This document shows, in pieces, positions 36,941-47,472 of a stretch of 57,851 nucleotides of DNA. Source of the DNA: an uncultured Enterobacteriaceae bacterium (lineage in GTDB: Bacteria; Pseudomonadota; Gammaproteobacteria; Eutrophobiales; Eutrophobiaceae); assembly GCA_964544965.1 (NCBI GenBank), contig CAZJED010000001.1:1-57851 (forward strand), in the 5' to 3' direction. Each line of letters begins with the position of its first letter. Positions within the stretch are counted from its first letter, which is position 1. A program made the position numbers and the translations under genes. The notes under the pieces are model-generated. The model searched no databases. It was given only the letters and a program-made list of their open reading frames with translations, and was not told the DNA's origin.

Positions 36941-37863
36941 TAATCAACTCTAATTCTTGGATCTAGTGATACACAAACAAAATCAGCTATTAGATTGATG
37001 AGAACATAAGTAAAACTAATCAATATTACACAGCCTTGAACAACCGGATAGTCTCTTTTCTGTATCGATTCAATCATAAGTTGCCCAATACCTGGCCATG
37101 AAAATATAGTTTCTGTAATAACAGCCCCCGCTAATAAAGTACCGAGTTGCATTCCCAGAATAGTAACAACGGGTAATAGGGCGTTACGTAGCGCATGATA
37201 TATTAATATATTAAATTCAGTTAAGCCGCGTGCACGCACTGATCTTATATAGTCTTCTTGTAAAATTTCTATCATTGATGAACGAATCATTCGCGACAAA
37301 ATTGCAGCAAGTGCGGTGCCTAAAGTTAAAGCTGGAAGAATCAATGAGCTTATGCCCTCATTACCGCTTACAGGAAACCATCCTAACCATAATGAAAAAA
37401 TCAAAATTAATAATGGCCCCATCACAAAGTTGGGAATTGAAATACCGAGTATTGCTGTCATCATTGAGAGTCGATCCCAAATTGAATCCTTATAAACAGC
37501 TGATAATATTCCTAACGGGACAGAAATTATAATTGCAATAAATAAACTCGCAAAACTTAATATCAACGTTGGTGATATGTGCTCTAATAGCAATTGACTA
37601 ACAAGTTGTTTCGAATGCAATGATGCGCCCAAATCAAAATGAAAAAACCCGTGTAGATATAGGAACCACTGCTGAATAATTGGTAAATCTAAACCAAGAG
37701 AATGCCTTAAAGCCTCTCTATCTGTTGCTGTAGCTGTCTCCCCAAGCATCACCTCGACAGGATCACCAGGGATAATATGAATTAAAAAAAATACTATCGT
37801 CGATATACTGAATAATACAAAAATAGCGCCAAATAAACGTTTAATTATATAGTTTAAATACAC
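36940..37863 (-). CDS. ABC transporter permease, OppB/DppB type
   Basis: 307 aa with the N-terminus YIIKRLFGAIFVLFSISTIVF...PGDP and the motif DYIRSVRARGL. It overlaps the next permease by 1 nt. Confidence 0.9.
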   Translation of the reverse strand: MYLNYIIKRLFGAIFVLFSISTIVFFLIHIIPGDPVEVMLGETATATDREALRHSLGLDLPIIQQWFLYLHGFFHFDLGASLHSKQLVSQLLLEHISPTLILSFASLFIAIIISVPLGILSAVYKDSIWDRLSMMTAILGISIPNFVMGPLLILIFSLWLGWFPVSGNEGISSLILPALTLGTALAAILSRMIRSSMIEILQEDYIRSVRARGLTEFNILIYHALRNALLPVVTILGMQLGTLLAGAVITETIFSWPGIGQLMIESIQKRDYPVVQGCVILISFTYVLINLIADFVCVSLDPRIRVD

Positions 37864-37885
37864 AGTTTTTTTTGATTCATCATTT

Positions 37886-38365
37886 TTATTTTTTAGTAAT
37901 AGTTACTATTGTCCCCACGCTTACTAATTTAAATAATTCTATAACATCAGAATTGCACATTCTGATACATCCTCTTGAACCAGGCTTACCCATTTTGGTG
38001 TCTTCTGGTGAGCCATGTATATAAATATATCGGTTGTAACTATCAACATCATTGCCCTTGTTTTTACCTTCTTCCGTCCCGCTCAACCATAATATTCTCG
38101 TAAGTATCCAATCCCTATCCGGATATAAATCACGCATTTTGAGATCGTATAATTCATTTGTTTCTGCTCTGCCTACAAAAACAGAATTTTGTTTGGCATC
38201 ATGACCTATTTTTTCAGCAATAATGTGTTCTCCTAGGGGTGTGCATTCGCTATTTTTTCTCTCCCCTGTACCATTTTTTGCCGTAGAGACAGAATACTTT
38301 CTTACAATATTTTCTCCATCAAAAAGTAGCAACTGTTGTTTAGAAATAGATATTTTAATATACAT
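37886..38365 (-). CDS. YkuD (L,D-transpeptidase fold) protein without a signal peptide
   Basis: 159 aa with the catalytic motif YIYIHGSPEDTKMGKPGSRGCIRM. The N-terminus MYIKISISKQQLLLFDGE runs straight into the domain. The upstream gene stop is only 13 nt away, so there is no room for a leader. Confidence 0.8.
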   Translation of the reverse strand: MYIKISISKQQLLLFDGENIVRKYSVSTAKNGTGERKNSECTPLGEHIIAEKIGHDAKQNSVFVGRAETNELYDLKMRDLYPDRDWILTRILWLSGTEEGKNKGNDVDSYNRYIYIHGSPEDTKMGKPGSRGCIRMCNSDVIELFKLVSVGTIVTITKK

Positions 38366-38378
38366 ATAAATATATTGA

Positions 38379-39887
38379 TTATTTTTTTGTTACGTATTTA
38401 AGTGAGTCAAAATTACCATCCGTACTTAACATATAACCTTTTATGTTAGATTTAGACACCAACACATTATCTTCATACCATAAAGGAATATAAGGTAGCA
38501 CTTGTAATAAATACTCTTGTAGATCCTTATAATATAGAGACTGTTTATCCAATGACACCTCGGATTTAGCTAATTCCAGAATTAAATCAACGTTTTTATC
38601 TTTAAATCTACCTCGGTTAGCGCCATATGGGGGAGTTGATTCGCTGTGAAATATATAGTGAAAAATATCAGGCATCTTTAACCCAACCCATGACAGACTA
38701 TATATTTGAAAACGTCCTTCTTTGATATCCCCATAAAAAGTTCCCCAATCATAACTGCGTATTTCTACCTCAATTCCAACAGAATTCAATTGGTTTTGGA
38801 TAATTGTCGCTAAACGCAATCGAAAAGGATCGTTTGACGTTTTATAAACTAATTTAATTGGATGTAAGTTGCTATAACCAGCTTGTTTAATCAATATTCT
38901 TGATTTTTCAGGATTATAATCAAAGCCTGTTAAACTAGGATTACCGGCCCAATGTTCTGGAGGCAACAATGCTTCAGCTTTTCTAGCCGAGGATCCCATC
39001 ACATACTTTATTATTGATTCTCTATCAATTGCATGCGCAATTGCATTTCTAATTAAAATATTGCCTGTAACTGGATCTTCCATATTAAAACCAAGATATG
39101 TAAAAGTATTTCCTACTTTTTTCTTTACATGAATTGACTTCTTTTTATCTAGCCAAGCTATAATCTCAGGAGGTAAATTACCTTGAATCAAATCTATCTC
39201 GCCTTTTAAAAGTTTCAGAACTCTTACTATAGGATCTTTTAAGGTAATAAATTCAATTATCTTTTTGTCATGAAGTCGTAATAATTTTAGATGATTGTCA
39301 TTTCTAAAATCTACAATTTTCATCGAACCGTTTCCAATAGGTTCTCTAGAAAAATTATGTTTTTTAGCTATTAGTTTCTTAGGCAAAATACCTATTACTA
39401 AACGCCCTGGGAAAAGAGGATCTGGATACAATAATTTGAAATCGATAATATTTCGATTCACAACTTCGATAGATTCGATCATAGCAATTGAACCCTTGTG
39501 TGGTGATATCTCCCTTGGATTTAATATCGATTCATATGTTGCCTTTACATCTTCGGATGTTAATAATGAGCCATCATGAAATTCATTTAATTTTTCTCTT
39601 AGTGTAAATCTATAATGAGTTGGTGAGATCTTTTCCCAATCTGCTAATTCAGGCTTAGCATGAAACTCTTCATCAAAATCAATTAGACTTTTGTAAAGTA
39701 ATCGTGTTAGACGATATGAAATCGCATCAGTCGCGTAGCGTGGATCTAAGGTTATTGGACTTGCATTTAAACCAATTGCTATGGTGTCTCTATCTAAATC
39801 TTTGCAGCTACTAATAAAAAATTGGAAAAATAAAATAAATAATATTAATAAATATTTAAACTCTGATGTTTTTTTTCCTGTTCTCAT
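38379..39887 (-). CDS. ABC transporter substrate-binding lipoprotein, family 5 (peptide/nickel type)
   Basis: 502 aa with a signal peptide and the lipobox FFISSC. Family-5 hallmarks include LDPRYATD, EKISPTHYRFTLRE..FHDG and YLGFNM. Confidence 0.9.
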   Translation of the reverse strand: MRTGKKTSEFKYLLILFILFFQFFISSCKDLDRDTIAIGLNASPITLDPRYATDAISYRLTRLLYKSLIDFDEEFHAKPELADWEKISPTHYRFTLREKLNEFHDGSLLTSEDVKATYESILNPREISPHKGSIAMIESIEVVNRNIIDFKLLYPDPLFPGRLVIGILPKKLIAKKHNFSREPIGNGSMKIVDFRNDNHLKLLRLHDKKIIEFITLKDPIVRVLKLLKGEIDLIQGNLPPEIIAWLDKKKSIHVKKKVGNTFTYLGFNMEDPVTGNILIRNAIAHAIDRESIIKYVMGSSARKAEALLPPEHWAGNPSLTGFDYNPEKSRILIKQAGYSNLHPIKLVYKTSNDPFRLRLATIIQNQLNSVGIEVEIRSYDWGTFYGDIKEGRFQIYSLSWVGLKMPDIFHYIFHSESTPPYGANRGRFKDKNVDLILELAKSEVSLDKQSLYYKDLQEYLLQVLPYIPLWYEDNVLVSKSNIKGYMLSTDGNFDSLKYVTKK

Positions 39888-39925
39888 TTATTCTGGAAAA
39901 CGCTAATAATAATTTAGAAATATTT

Positions 39926-40705
39926 CTAACCGCCCTGCCAAACTTCAAGAAACTCCTTTAAATGTGTTTTTCCTTCTTTTTTTAGCATATCAGAAACTTT
40001 CTGACATTCTTCAACATACAGATTATTTGTTAATTTTCCACGTATTAATTGGTATCTTAAATAAACTAAGTAGGTATTAAGAACATCTGTTTCGCAATAG
40101 TTGCGAATAGATTCAATGTCTCCGGCTAAATAATAATCCCAGACTTTTTCACCGCTCATGCCCATTTTCCCTGGGAAGCCCAAAATAGTAGCAATTTCAT
40201 TTAAAGGTGCTCTCGCAGATGTAATATACCCTGAAAGAACATCCATCAGATCAGTATGCCTGCTATGAAAACGACTTAAATAGTTGTTCCAACGGAAAGA
40301 CTGATCTTCATCCCCATTTTCCCAATAACGTTGGGAAATAATGCCATGAATAAGTGAACGATAATGTATGACTGGTAAATCAAAACCACTGCCATTCCAA
40401 GAGACAATCACGGGAGTGTATCGTTCTATACCTTCAAAAAAACGTTCGAGTAATTCTGATTCAGGTGAATCCTTATCCCCCAATGACCACACACTTAATT
40501 TTTCATCTGTTTTCAAAAGAACAGATATTGTTATAATTCTATGTAAATAATGTTGTAAAAATTCTGTTCTGCCATCACTTTTCTGATAGCGATGACTAAA
40601 CATTATTTCAGCAACATTCTTATCACTAAGATCTTCTATATTAAAAATCTTTTTTCCCGAATTGGTATCTGGGATTGTCTCAATATCAAAAACGAGAATA
40701 TTCAT
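39926..40705 (-). CDS. Stand-alone 3'-5' exonuclease related to the PolB exonuclease domain
   Basis: 259 aa with ExoI VFDIETIPD, ExoII WNGSGFDLPV and ExoIII YCETDVLNTYLVYL. Confidence 0.75.
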   Translation of the reverse strand: MNILVFDIETIPDTNSGKKIFNIEDLSDKNVAEIMFSHRYQKSDGRTEFLQHYLHRIITISVLLKTDEKLSVWSLGDKDSPESELLERFFEGIERYTPVIVSWNGSGFDLPVIHYRSLIHGIISQRYWENGDEDQSFRWNNYLSRFHSRHTDLMDVLSGYITSARAPLNEIATILGFPGKMGMSGEKVWDYYLAGDIESIRNYCETDVLNTYLVYLRYQLIRGKLTNNLYVEECQKVSDMLKKEGKTHLKEFLEVWQGG

Positions 40706-40730
40706 CCTGAAAAACTATTATTGATTATGC

Positions 40731-41660
40731 TTATTCGGGGAATACATTTGTAGAAAGATAACGATCTCCTCGATCACAAATAATTGAAACGATGACGGCA
40801 TCTTCGACTTCACTGGATATCTGAAGTGCTGCAGCAACAGAACCCCCAGAAGAAATACCTGCAAATATCCCTTCCATCTTTCCAAGAGCAATGGTCGTTT
40901 TTTCTGCAAGTTCTTGCGTTACATCTATAACTCTATCTACTCTTGCTGGTTCAAAAATTTTTGGCATATACTCTTCAGGCCATCTGCGTATACCAGGGAT
41001 ACGTGCACCGTCTTCAGGTTGAACTCCGATAATCTGAATTTCCGGATTCATTTCTTTTAAAAAACGTGATGTTCCCATTATTGTACCTGTTGTACCCATT
41101 GCACTCACAAAGTGAGTGATCTTGCCATAGGTATCTTTCCATAATTCAGGTCCTGTACCTTCGTAATGAGCGCGAGGATTATCTGGATTGGCAAATTGAT
41201 CTAGTATTTTACCCTTACCTTTTGCCTCTAACTCCCGAGAAACATCTATTGCTTCCTCCATACTACCTTCATCTGAGGTCAGCACAATTTCCGCGCCAAA
41301 AGCCTTCATTACCGCGCGTCGTTCAACACTCATATTTTCGGGCATTACCAATATCACCTTGTATCCGCGTATTGCTGCCGCCATAGCTATAGCAATGCCA
41401 GTATTCCCACTGGTTGCCTCAATTAGCGTATCACCGGATTTAATCTCACCACGTATTTCTGCGTGCTTAATCATACTCATTGCCGGCCTATCTTTTACTG
41501 AACCAGCAGGATTATTGCCCTCAAGTTTACCCAAGACAACATTACTGGAATTTCCTAATAAACGTTGCAGTTTTACCAAAGGAGTGTTGCCAACAAAAGA
41601 TTCTAATGTTGTAAAATCTGGTAAATTTTCTATAACTTTTTTATTTTCTTTCATAGCCAT
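40731..41660 (-). CDS. cysM: Cysteine synthase B (O-acetylserine sulfhydrylase)
   Basis: Motifs GNTPLVKLQRL, LEGNNPAGSVKDRPA, TSGNTGIA and ICDRGDRYLST are near-collinear with E. coli CysM as I remember it. Confidence 0.88.
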   Translation of the reverse strand: MAMKENKKVIENLPDFTTLESFVGNTPLVKLQRLLGNSSNVVLGKLEGNNPAGSVKDRPAMSMIKHAEIRGEIKSGDTLIEATSGNTGIAIAMAAAIRGYKVILVMPENMSVERRAVMKAFGAEIVLTSDEGSMEEAIDVSRELEAKGKGKILDQFANPDNPRAHYEGTGPELWKDTYGKITHFVSAMGTTGTIMGTSRFLKEMNPEIQIIGVQPEDGARIPGIRRWPEEYMPKIFEPARVDRVIDVTQELAEKTTIALGKMEGIFAGISSGGSVAAALQISSEVEDAVIVSIICDRGDRYLSTNVFPE

Positions 41661-42140
41661 TCAAAATTCTTCTTTTAGTAAAGTTTTTGCTAAAATTAAA
41701 GCATCTTCTCGTCCAATCTTAGTTGGATAATAGTTCCGGCGTTTTCCTATTTCATTAAATCCCATGTTTAAATAGAGTCTAATAGCTTTAAAATTTGTTG
41801 GTCTAACTTCTAAAAAAATCCTATGCATATTCTCTCTTCTAGCTAATACCAAAAAATGATTCAATAGTTGTTTACCAATCCCTCTAGATTGATAATCAGG
41901 ATGAACACATAAATTTAAAATGTGCGATTCATCTGAGGTAATTAACATAATGCCGTACCCGATGAGAATTTTATTAAATTCAATAGCCCAGGAACTATAG
42001 CCTGCGTGTAAACAATCTTGGAAAATTGTTTTATTCCAAGGAAAATCATATGCATTATCTTCTATATTGATAATGGAAGTAACGTCTTGCTCCACCATAG
42101 GCCGAATATATATTTCGGGTATTTGAATTACTGCACTCAT
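41661..42140 (-). CDS. rimI: Ribosomal-protein-alanine N-acetyltransferase (GNAT)
   Basis: 159 aa with the GNAT motif VHPDYQSRGIGKQLL and a typical RimI C-terminus (YY....REDALILA). Confidence 0.8.
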   Translation of the reverse strand: MSAVIQIPEIYIRPMVEQDVTSIINIEDNAYDFPWNKTIFQDCLHAGYSSWAIEFNKILIGYGIMLITSDESHILNLCVHPDYQSRGIGKQLLNHFLVLARRENMHRIFLEVRPTNFKAIRLYLNMGFNEIGKRRNYYPTKIGREDALILAKTLLKEEF

Positions 42141-42856
42141 ATCAATCCTCTATATATATTCTGGGCGAATTTAAGATCTTCCCAAACTTTACGTTTCTCA
42201 GTGGGCGAGCGAAGCAAGTATGCTGGATGATAAGTTACCACTACGGGCAAATCACTATCTGGATATTGATAAGAATTGCCTCTCATTTTACCAATTGGAG
42301 TAGTTGATTTTAATAAATTTTGTGCTGCTATTCGCCCAAGCGCTAAAATAATCTTTGGATTAATTAACTTAATCTGTTGCCTTAAATACTTCTCACAAGC
42401 TTTGACTTCATCCGGCTTTGGATCACGATTTTTTGGTGGTCTACATTTCAATATATTAGCAATAAATACATCTTTTCTTTGCAATCCAACAGAAAGCAAC
42501 ATTGAATTTAATAATTTTCCTGCACGACCAACAAAAGGTTCTCCTTTAAGATCTTCATCTACGCCAGGTGCTTCACCAATAACTAGCCAGTCCGCATCCT
42601 TATTACCTATACCAAAAACAGTGTTTGTTCTAAACTTGTGTAGCTCACATGAATTACATGTTTCGACTTGTCTTGAAAGATAGTTTAGATCTTTATCTAA
42701 ATCTGTTTCCAAAGATCTATTATTTTTGGAAATACTTTTAGCATCAAAACCTGCTAATTTTATTGCATCTTCTTTTTCTCTATGAGCAAATTTACGCTCT
42801 GACCAAACTGTAATGCCAATTTCTTTTAAATATTGTTGTTGACGAATACCATTCAT
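42137..42856 (-). CDS. Uracil-DNA glycosylase, family 4 (Fe-S type)
   Basis: It has GEAPGVDEDLKGEPFVGRAGKLL and four Cys (CNSC, KCRPP, ACEKY). Its stop overlaps the rimI start (ATGA). Confidence 0.85.
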   Translation of the reverse strand: MNGIRQQQYLKEIGITVWSERKFAHREKEDAIKLAGFDAKSISKNNRSLETDLDKDLNYLSRQVETCNSCELHKFRTNTVFGIGNKDADWLVIGEAPGVDEDLKGEPFVGRAGKLLNSMLLSVGLQRKDVFIANILKCRPPKNRDPKPDEVKACEKYLRQQIKLINPKIILALGRIAAQNLLKSTTPIGKMRGNSYQYPDSDLPVVVTYHPAYLLRSPTEKRKVWEDLKFAQNIYRGLI

Positions 42857-42862
42857 ACGATT

Positions 42863-44401
42863 TTATACTTGATGTGGGTGTGCCCGTTCATTATGAATAA
42901 AAACTTTATTTAGAGCGTTAATGTAAGCCTTAGCAGATGCAATCACAATATCAGTATCAGAACCAAGACCATTAACTATACGCCCGCTCTTGTCTATGCG
43001 GACTGTTACTTCGCCTTGTGAGTCTGTGCCATCGGTTATGTTATTTACTGAATATAATTGTAAATTACAGCCGCTTTTGACCATGCTTTCAATAGCTTTA
43101 TATGTCGCATCTACCGGGCCTCCCCCTTCTGCGTTTGCATGCTCTTCTTTCCCGTCAATTGACAATGTAACTTGTGCTCTTGGTTTAACTCCAGTCTCAG
43201 TCCCCACCTTGAGAGAGATGAGTTTGATTCTTTCATCTCCACTTCCTTGTATTGTGTCGCTAACTAAAGCTTGTAAATCATCATCATAAACCTCGTGCTT
43301 TTTATCAGCTAATTCTTTGAATTGTAAAAAAACTGCATTCAATTCTTCTTCTTCCTTGAAAATAATACCCAGCTCTTCTAGACGCGTACGAAAAGCATTG
43401 CGACCCGAGTGCTTACCTAAAACCATTCTATTGGCATTCCATCCAACATCTTCAGCGCGCATAATTTCGTATGTTTCGCGACTTTTCAAAACACCATCCT
43501 GATGAATACCTGATTCATGAGCAAATGCATTAGCTCCAACAATCGCCTTATTTGGTTGGACAGGAAAACCTGTAATGGTTGAAACAAGTCTTGAGCAATG
43601 AACAATTTGACTTGTATCAATATCAGTATCACATTCAAACACATCCTTTCGTGTTTTTACCGACATAACTATTTCTTCCAAAGCGGCATTACCAGCGCGC
43701 TCCCCCAAACCATTTATTGTGCATTCAACTTGTCTAGCGCCATTTAAAACTGCGGCCAAAGAATTGCCAACTGCAAGCCCAAGATCATTATGACAATGCA
43801 CTGAAAATACTGCTTTATCAGAATTTGGTATATTTTTTATTAGATTTTCTATTAACTCTCCAAAATATTGTGGCAAATTATAGCCAACTGTATCTGGTAT
43901 ATTGATCGTTTTCGCACCAGCATTAATTACTGACTCAATGACGCGGCATAGAAAATCAAACTCAGAACGTCCGGCATCCTCGGGGGAGAATTCTATGTTA
44001 TCAGTATATTTTCCAGCCCGTTTAACTGCCTTAACTGCATTTTCAATAACTTGCTCAGGTTCCATTCTTAATTTTTCACGCATATGTATAGGGGACGTTG
44101 CTAAAAAAGTGTGAATGCGAAATGATTTTGCTGGCTTTAGTGCATCTGCTGCACAATCTATATCTTTATCTAATGCTCTTGCCAAACCACATACGGTGCT
44201 CTCAGTAATTAATTCTGAAACGGACTTAACAGCTTCAAAATCACCCGGGCTTGCAATTGGAAAACCAGCCTCAATTATATCAACGCGCATTTTCTCTAAT
44301 GCTTTTGCAATACGGAGTTTTTCATCTTTGGTCATTGAAGCACCTGGGCTCTGCTCCCCATCACGCAAAGTCGTATCAAAAATAATTAATTTATCTTGCA
44401 T
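42863..44401 (-). CDS. leuA: 2-isopropylmalate synthase
   Basis: 512 aa with the motifs [24 protein letters not shown] and the C-terminal LeuA dimerisation/regulatory domain. Confidence 0.95.
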   Translation of the reverse strand: MQDKLIIFDTTLRDGEQSPGASMTKDEKLRIAKALEKMRVDIIEAGFPIASPGDFEAVKSVSELITESTVCGLARALDKDIDCAADALKPAKSFRIHTFLATSPIHMREKLRMEPEQVIENAVKAVKRAGKYTDNIEFSPEDAGRSEFDFLCRVIESVINAGAKTINIPDTVGYNLPQYFGELIENLIKNIPNSDKAVFSVHCHNDLGLAVGNSLAAVLNGARQVECTINGLGERAGNAALEEIVMSVKTRKDVFECDTDIDTSQIVHCSRLVSTITGFPVQPNKAIVGANAFAHESGIHQDGVLKSRETYEIMRAEDVGWNANRMVLGKHSGRNAFRTRLEELGIIFKEEEELNAVFLQFKELADKKHEVYDDDLQALVSDTIQGSGDERIKLISLKVGTETGVKPRAQVTLSIDGKEEHANAEGGGPVDATYKAIESMVKSGCNLQLYSVNNITDGTDSQGEVTVRIDKSGRIVNGLGSDTDIVIASAKAYINALNKVFIHNERAHPHQV

Positions 44402-45140
44402 CTTTTCTCGCTGCCCTATGGCGATGTAATAAAATTAACGTAAAAATTGGCCCAGAAATGGCATAAATTATTGCTAAAAGAAATAAGATTGAAGCTGGCT
44501 CAATTGCAATTAAAACAAATACAGGAACTATTATAAGAAAGGCCATAAATGGAATACGATTCTTAAAATCAAATTCTTTAAAACTGTGATACCTGATATT
44601 ACTGACCATCAATAAACCAACAACGACAGTTAATAAAGAACAAATAATTGTAATAGTTGTGCCATCAACTAATCCATAACCACTCCCAAACCAGACTAAC
44701 CCACCTAATACTGCAGCTGCACCTGGACTTGGTAAACCCTGAAAATAACGTTTATCAATGCTTGTCGCTTGGGTGTTAAATCTTGCCAATCTTAATGATG
44801 CACAGGCCGTATAAACAAAAGCCGCCAACCAGCCTAATTTTCCCATACCAAATAGTGCCCATTGATACACTACAAGTGACGGGGCCAAGCCGAATGAAAT
44901 CATATCTGAGAGACTATCATATTGCATTCCAAATGCACTCTGAGTATTCGTTAATCTTGCAATACGACCATCCATACCATCAAGAATTATTGCGATAAAA
45001 ATTGCAATAGCGGCAGAGGCAAAATGCTGGTTCATAGCAGCTACAATAGAATAAAAACCAGAAAATAATGCTCCCGTCGTTAGCAAATTCGGTAATAAAT
45101 AAATTCCTCGTCCAGATTTTGTCACTATTCTTAATACCAA
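44391..45140 (-). CDS. pssA: CDP-diacylglycerol--serine O-phosphatidyltransferase
   Basis: It carries the CDP-alcohol phosphatidyltransferase motif [27 protein letters not shown] and is polytopic. Its 3' end overlaps the leuA start by 11 nt. Confidence 0.9.
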   Translation of the reverse strand: MVLRIVTKSGRGIYLLPNLLTTGALFSGFYSIVAAMNQHFASAAIAIFIAIILDGMDGRIARLTNTQSAFGMQYDSLSDMISFGLAPSLVVYQWALFGMGKLGWLAAFVYTACASLRLARFNTQATSIDKRYFQGLPSPGAAAVLGGLVWFGSGYGLVDGTTITIICSLLTVVVGLLMVSNIRYHSFKEFDFKNRIPFMAFLIIVPVFVLIAIEPASILFLLAIIYAISGPIFTLILLHRHRAARKDAR

Positions 45141-45214
45141 TTTTAAAAAATTTAATAGGGAAGTTTACCCTTGAAAGTTATTAACTTAAACAAGGAATTA
45201 AAGAATAAAATTAA

Positions 45215-45874
45215 TTATTTTAACTGGGCTTTTACTGAGCTAGGCGGTTCTGAATGTATTAACTCAGCTATTACAGTGTTGCCTGAATTCACGTGCTGTC
45301 CGACCTCAACAAGAATTTTAGATCCAACCGGCAAAAAAAGATCAACAACACTTCCGAAAGATATATATCCACAACGCTGTCCTTGACCAACTCTTTCACC
45401 AGAATTCAAATATACATGCGAGCTACGCATTAAATTTCTAAACCTAATTGCAGTGATAACATTATCGCCTTCATCAGATTGAACATGGAAATCTAGGTGT
45501 TTATGGGATTGATTTTTAAATGATGGATTATACCACTGCCCAACAACTTTTCCCTCAATTGGGCTTCGCAATGAATAGATGTCGGTAATGCGCATGACAA
45601 TTCTAATACGCACCATATTAGTGTTCAGACGAATTTCTTTTGCTTCCCCAACTTTAGAAATAATACCGTGTACTGGACTGACAACGGCTAAAGGCTGCGA
45701 TGGTATTTCTCTATGAGGATCGCGAAAAAGAAAGACAGTTACTAATAAAACAACTAATAAAAAAATAACTATAGATTCGCTAAGAAAAAAATTTGCAAAT
45801 AGTGTAGCGCCAAAAATTGTAATTATTATAGGCCAAGATTCTCTTGCTATAAAAGGATAATAATTACTTGGCAT
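45215..45874 (-). CDS. psd: Phosphatidylserine decarboxylase-family proenzyme (short form)
   Basis: 219 aa with N-terminal TM segments and a candidate self-cleavage site YISFGSVV near the C-terminus. It lies adjacent to pssA. Confidence 0.75.
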   Translation of the reverse strand: MPSNYYPFIARESWPIIITIFGATLFANFFLSESIVIFLLVVLLVTVFLFRDPHREIPSQPLAVVSPVHGIISKVGEAKEIRLNTNMVRIRIVMRITDIYSLRSPIEGKVVGQWYNPSFKNQSHKHLDFHVQSDEGDNVITAIRFRNLMRSSHVYLNSGERVGQGQRCGYISFGSVVDLFLPVGSKILVEVGQHVNSGNTVIAELIHSEPPSSVKAQLK

Positions 45875-45932
45875 TTAACTTTATACTCAAAAATAAATTT
45901 TCTTAAAAAACTTAAATATATATACAATTAAA

Positions 45933-47470
<1,538 letters not shown>

Positions 47471-47472
47471 AA

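Noticed and set aside
40718-42683. Antisense ORFs within cysM, rimI and udg (40718..40909, 41359..41730, 42018..42230, 42276..42683), and similar nested ORFs throughout the track
   Set aside because: All are embedded opposite or out of frame within strongly supported genes. They have low-complexity translations (Ser/Pro/Ile-rich) and no start context.
45215-45874. Short PSD-family protein as a possible pseudogene fragment of full-length Psd
   Set aside because: The ORF is intact, retains a G-S cleavage-site candidate (FGSV) and TM anchors, and is adjacent to pssA. This is consistent with the known short PSD-family form rather than decay.
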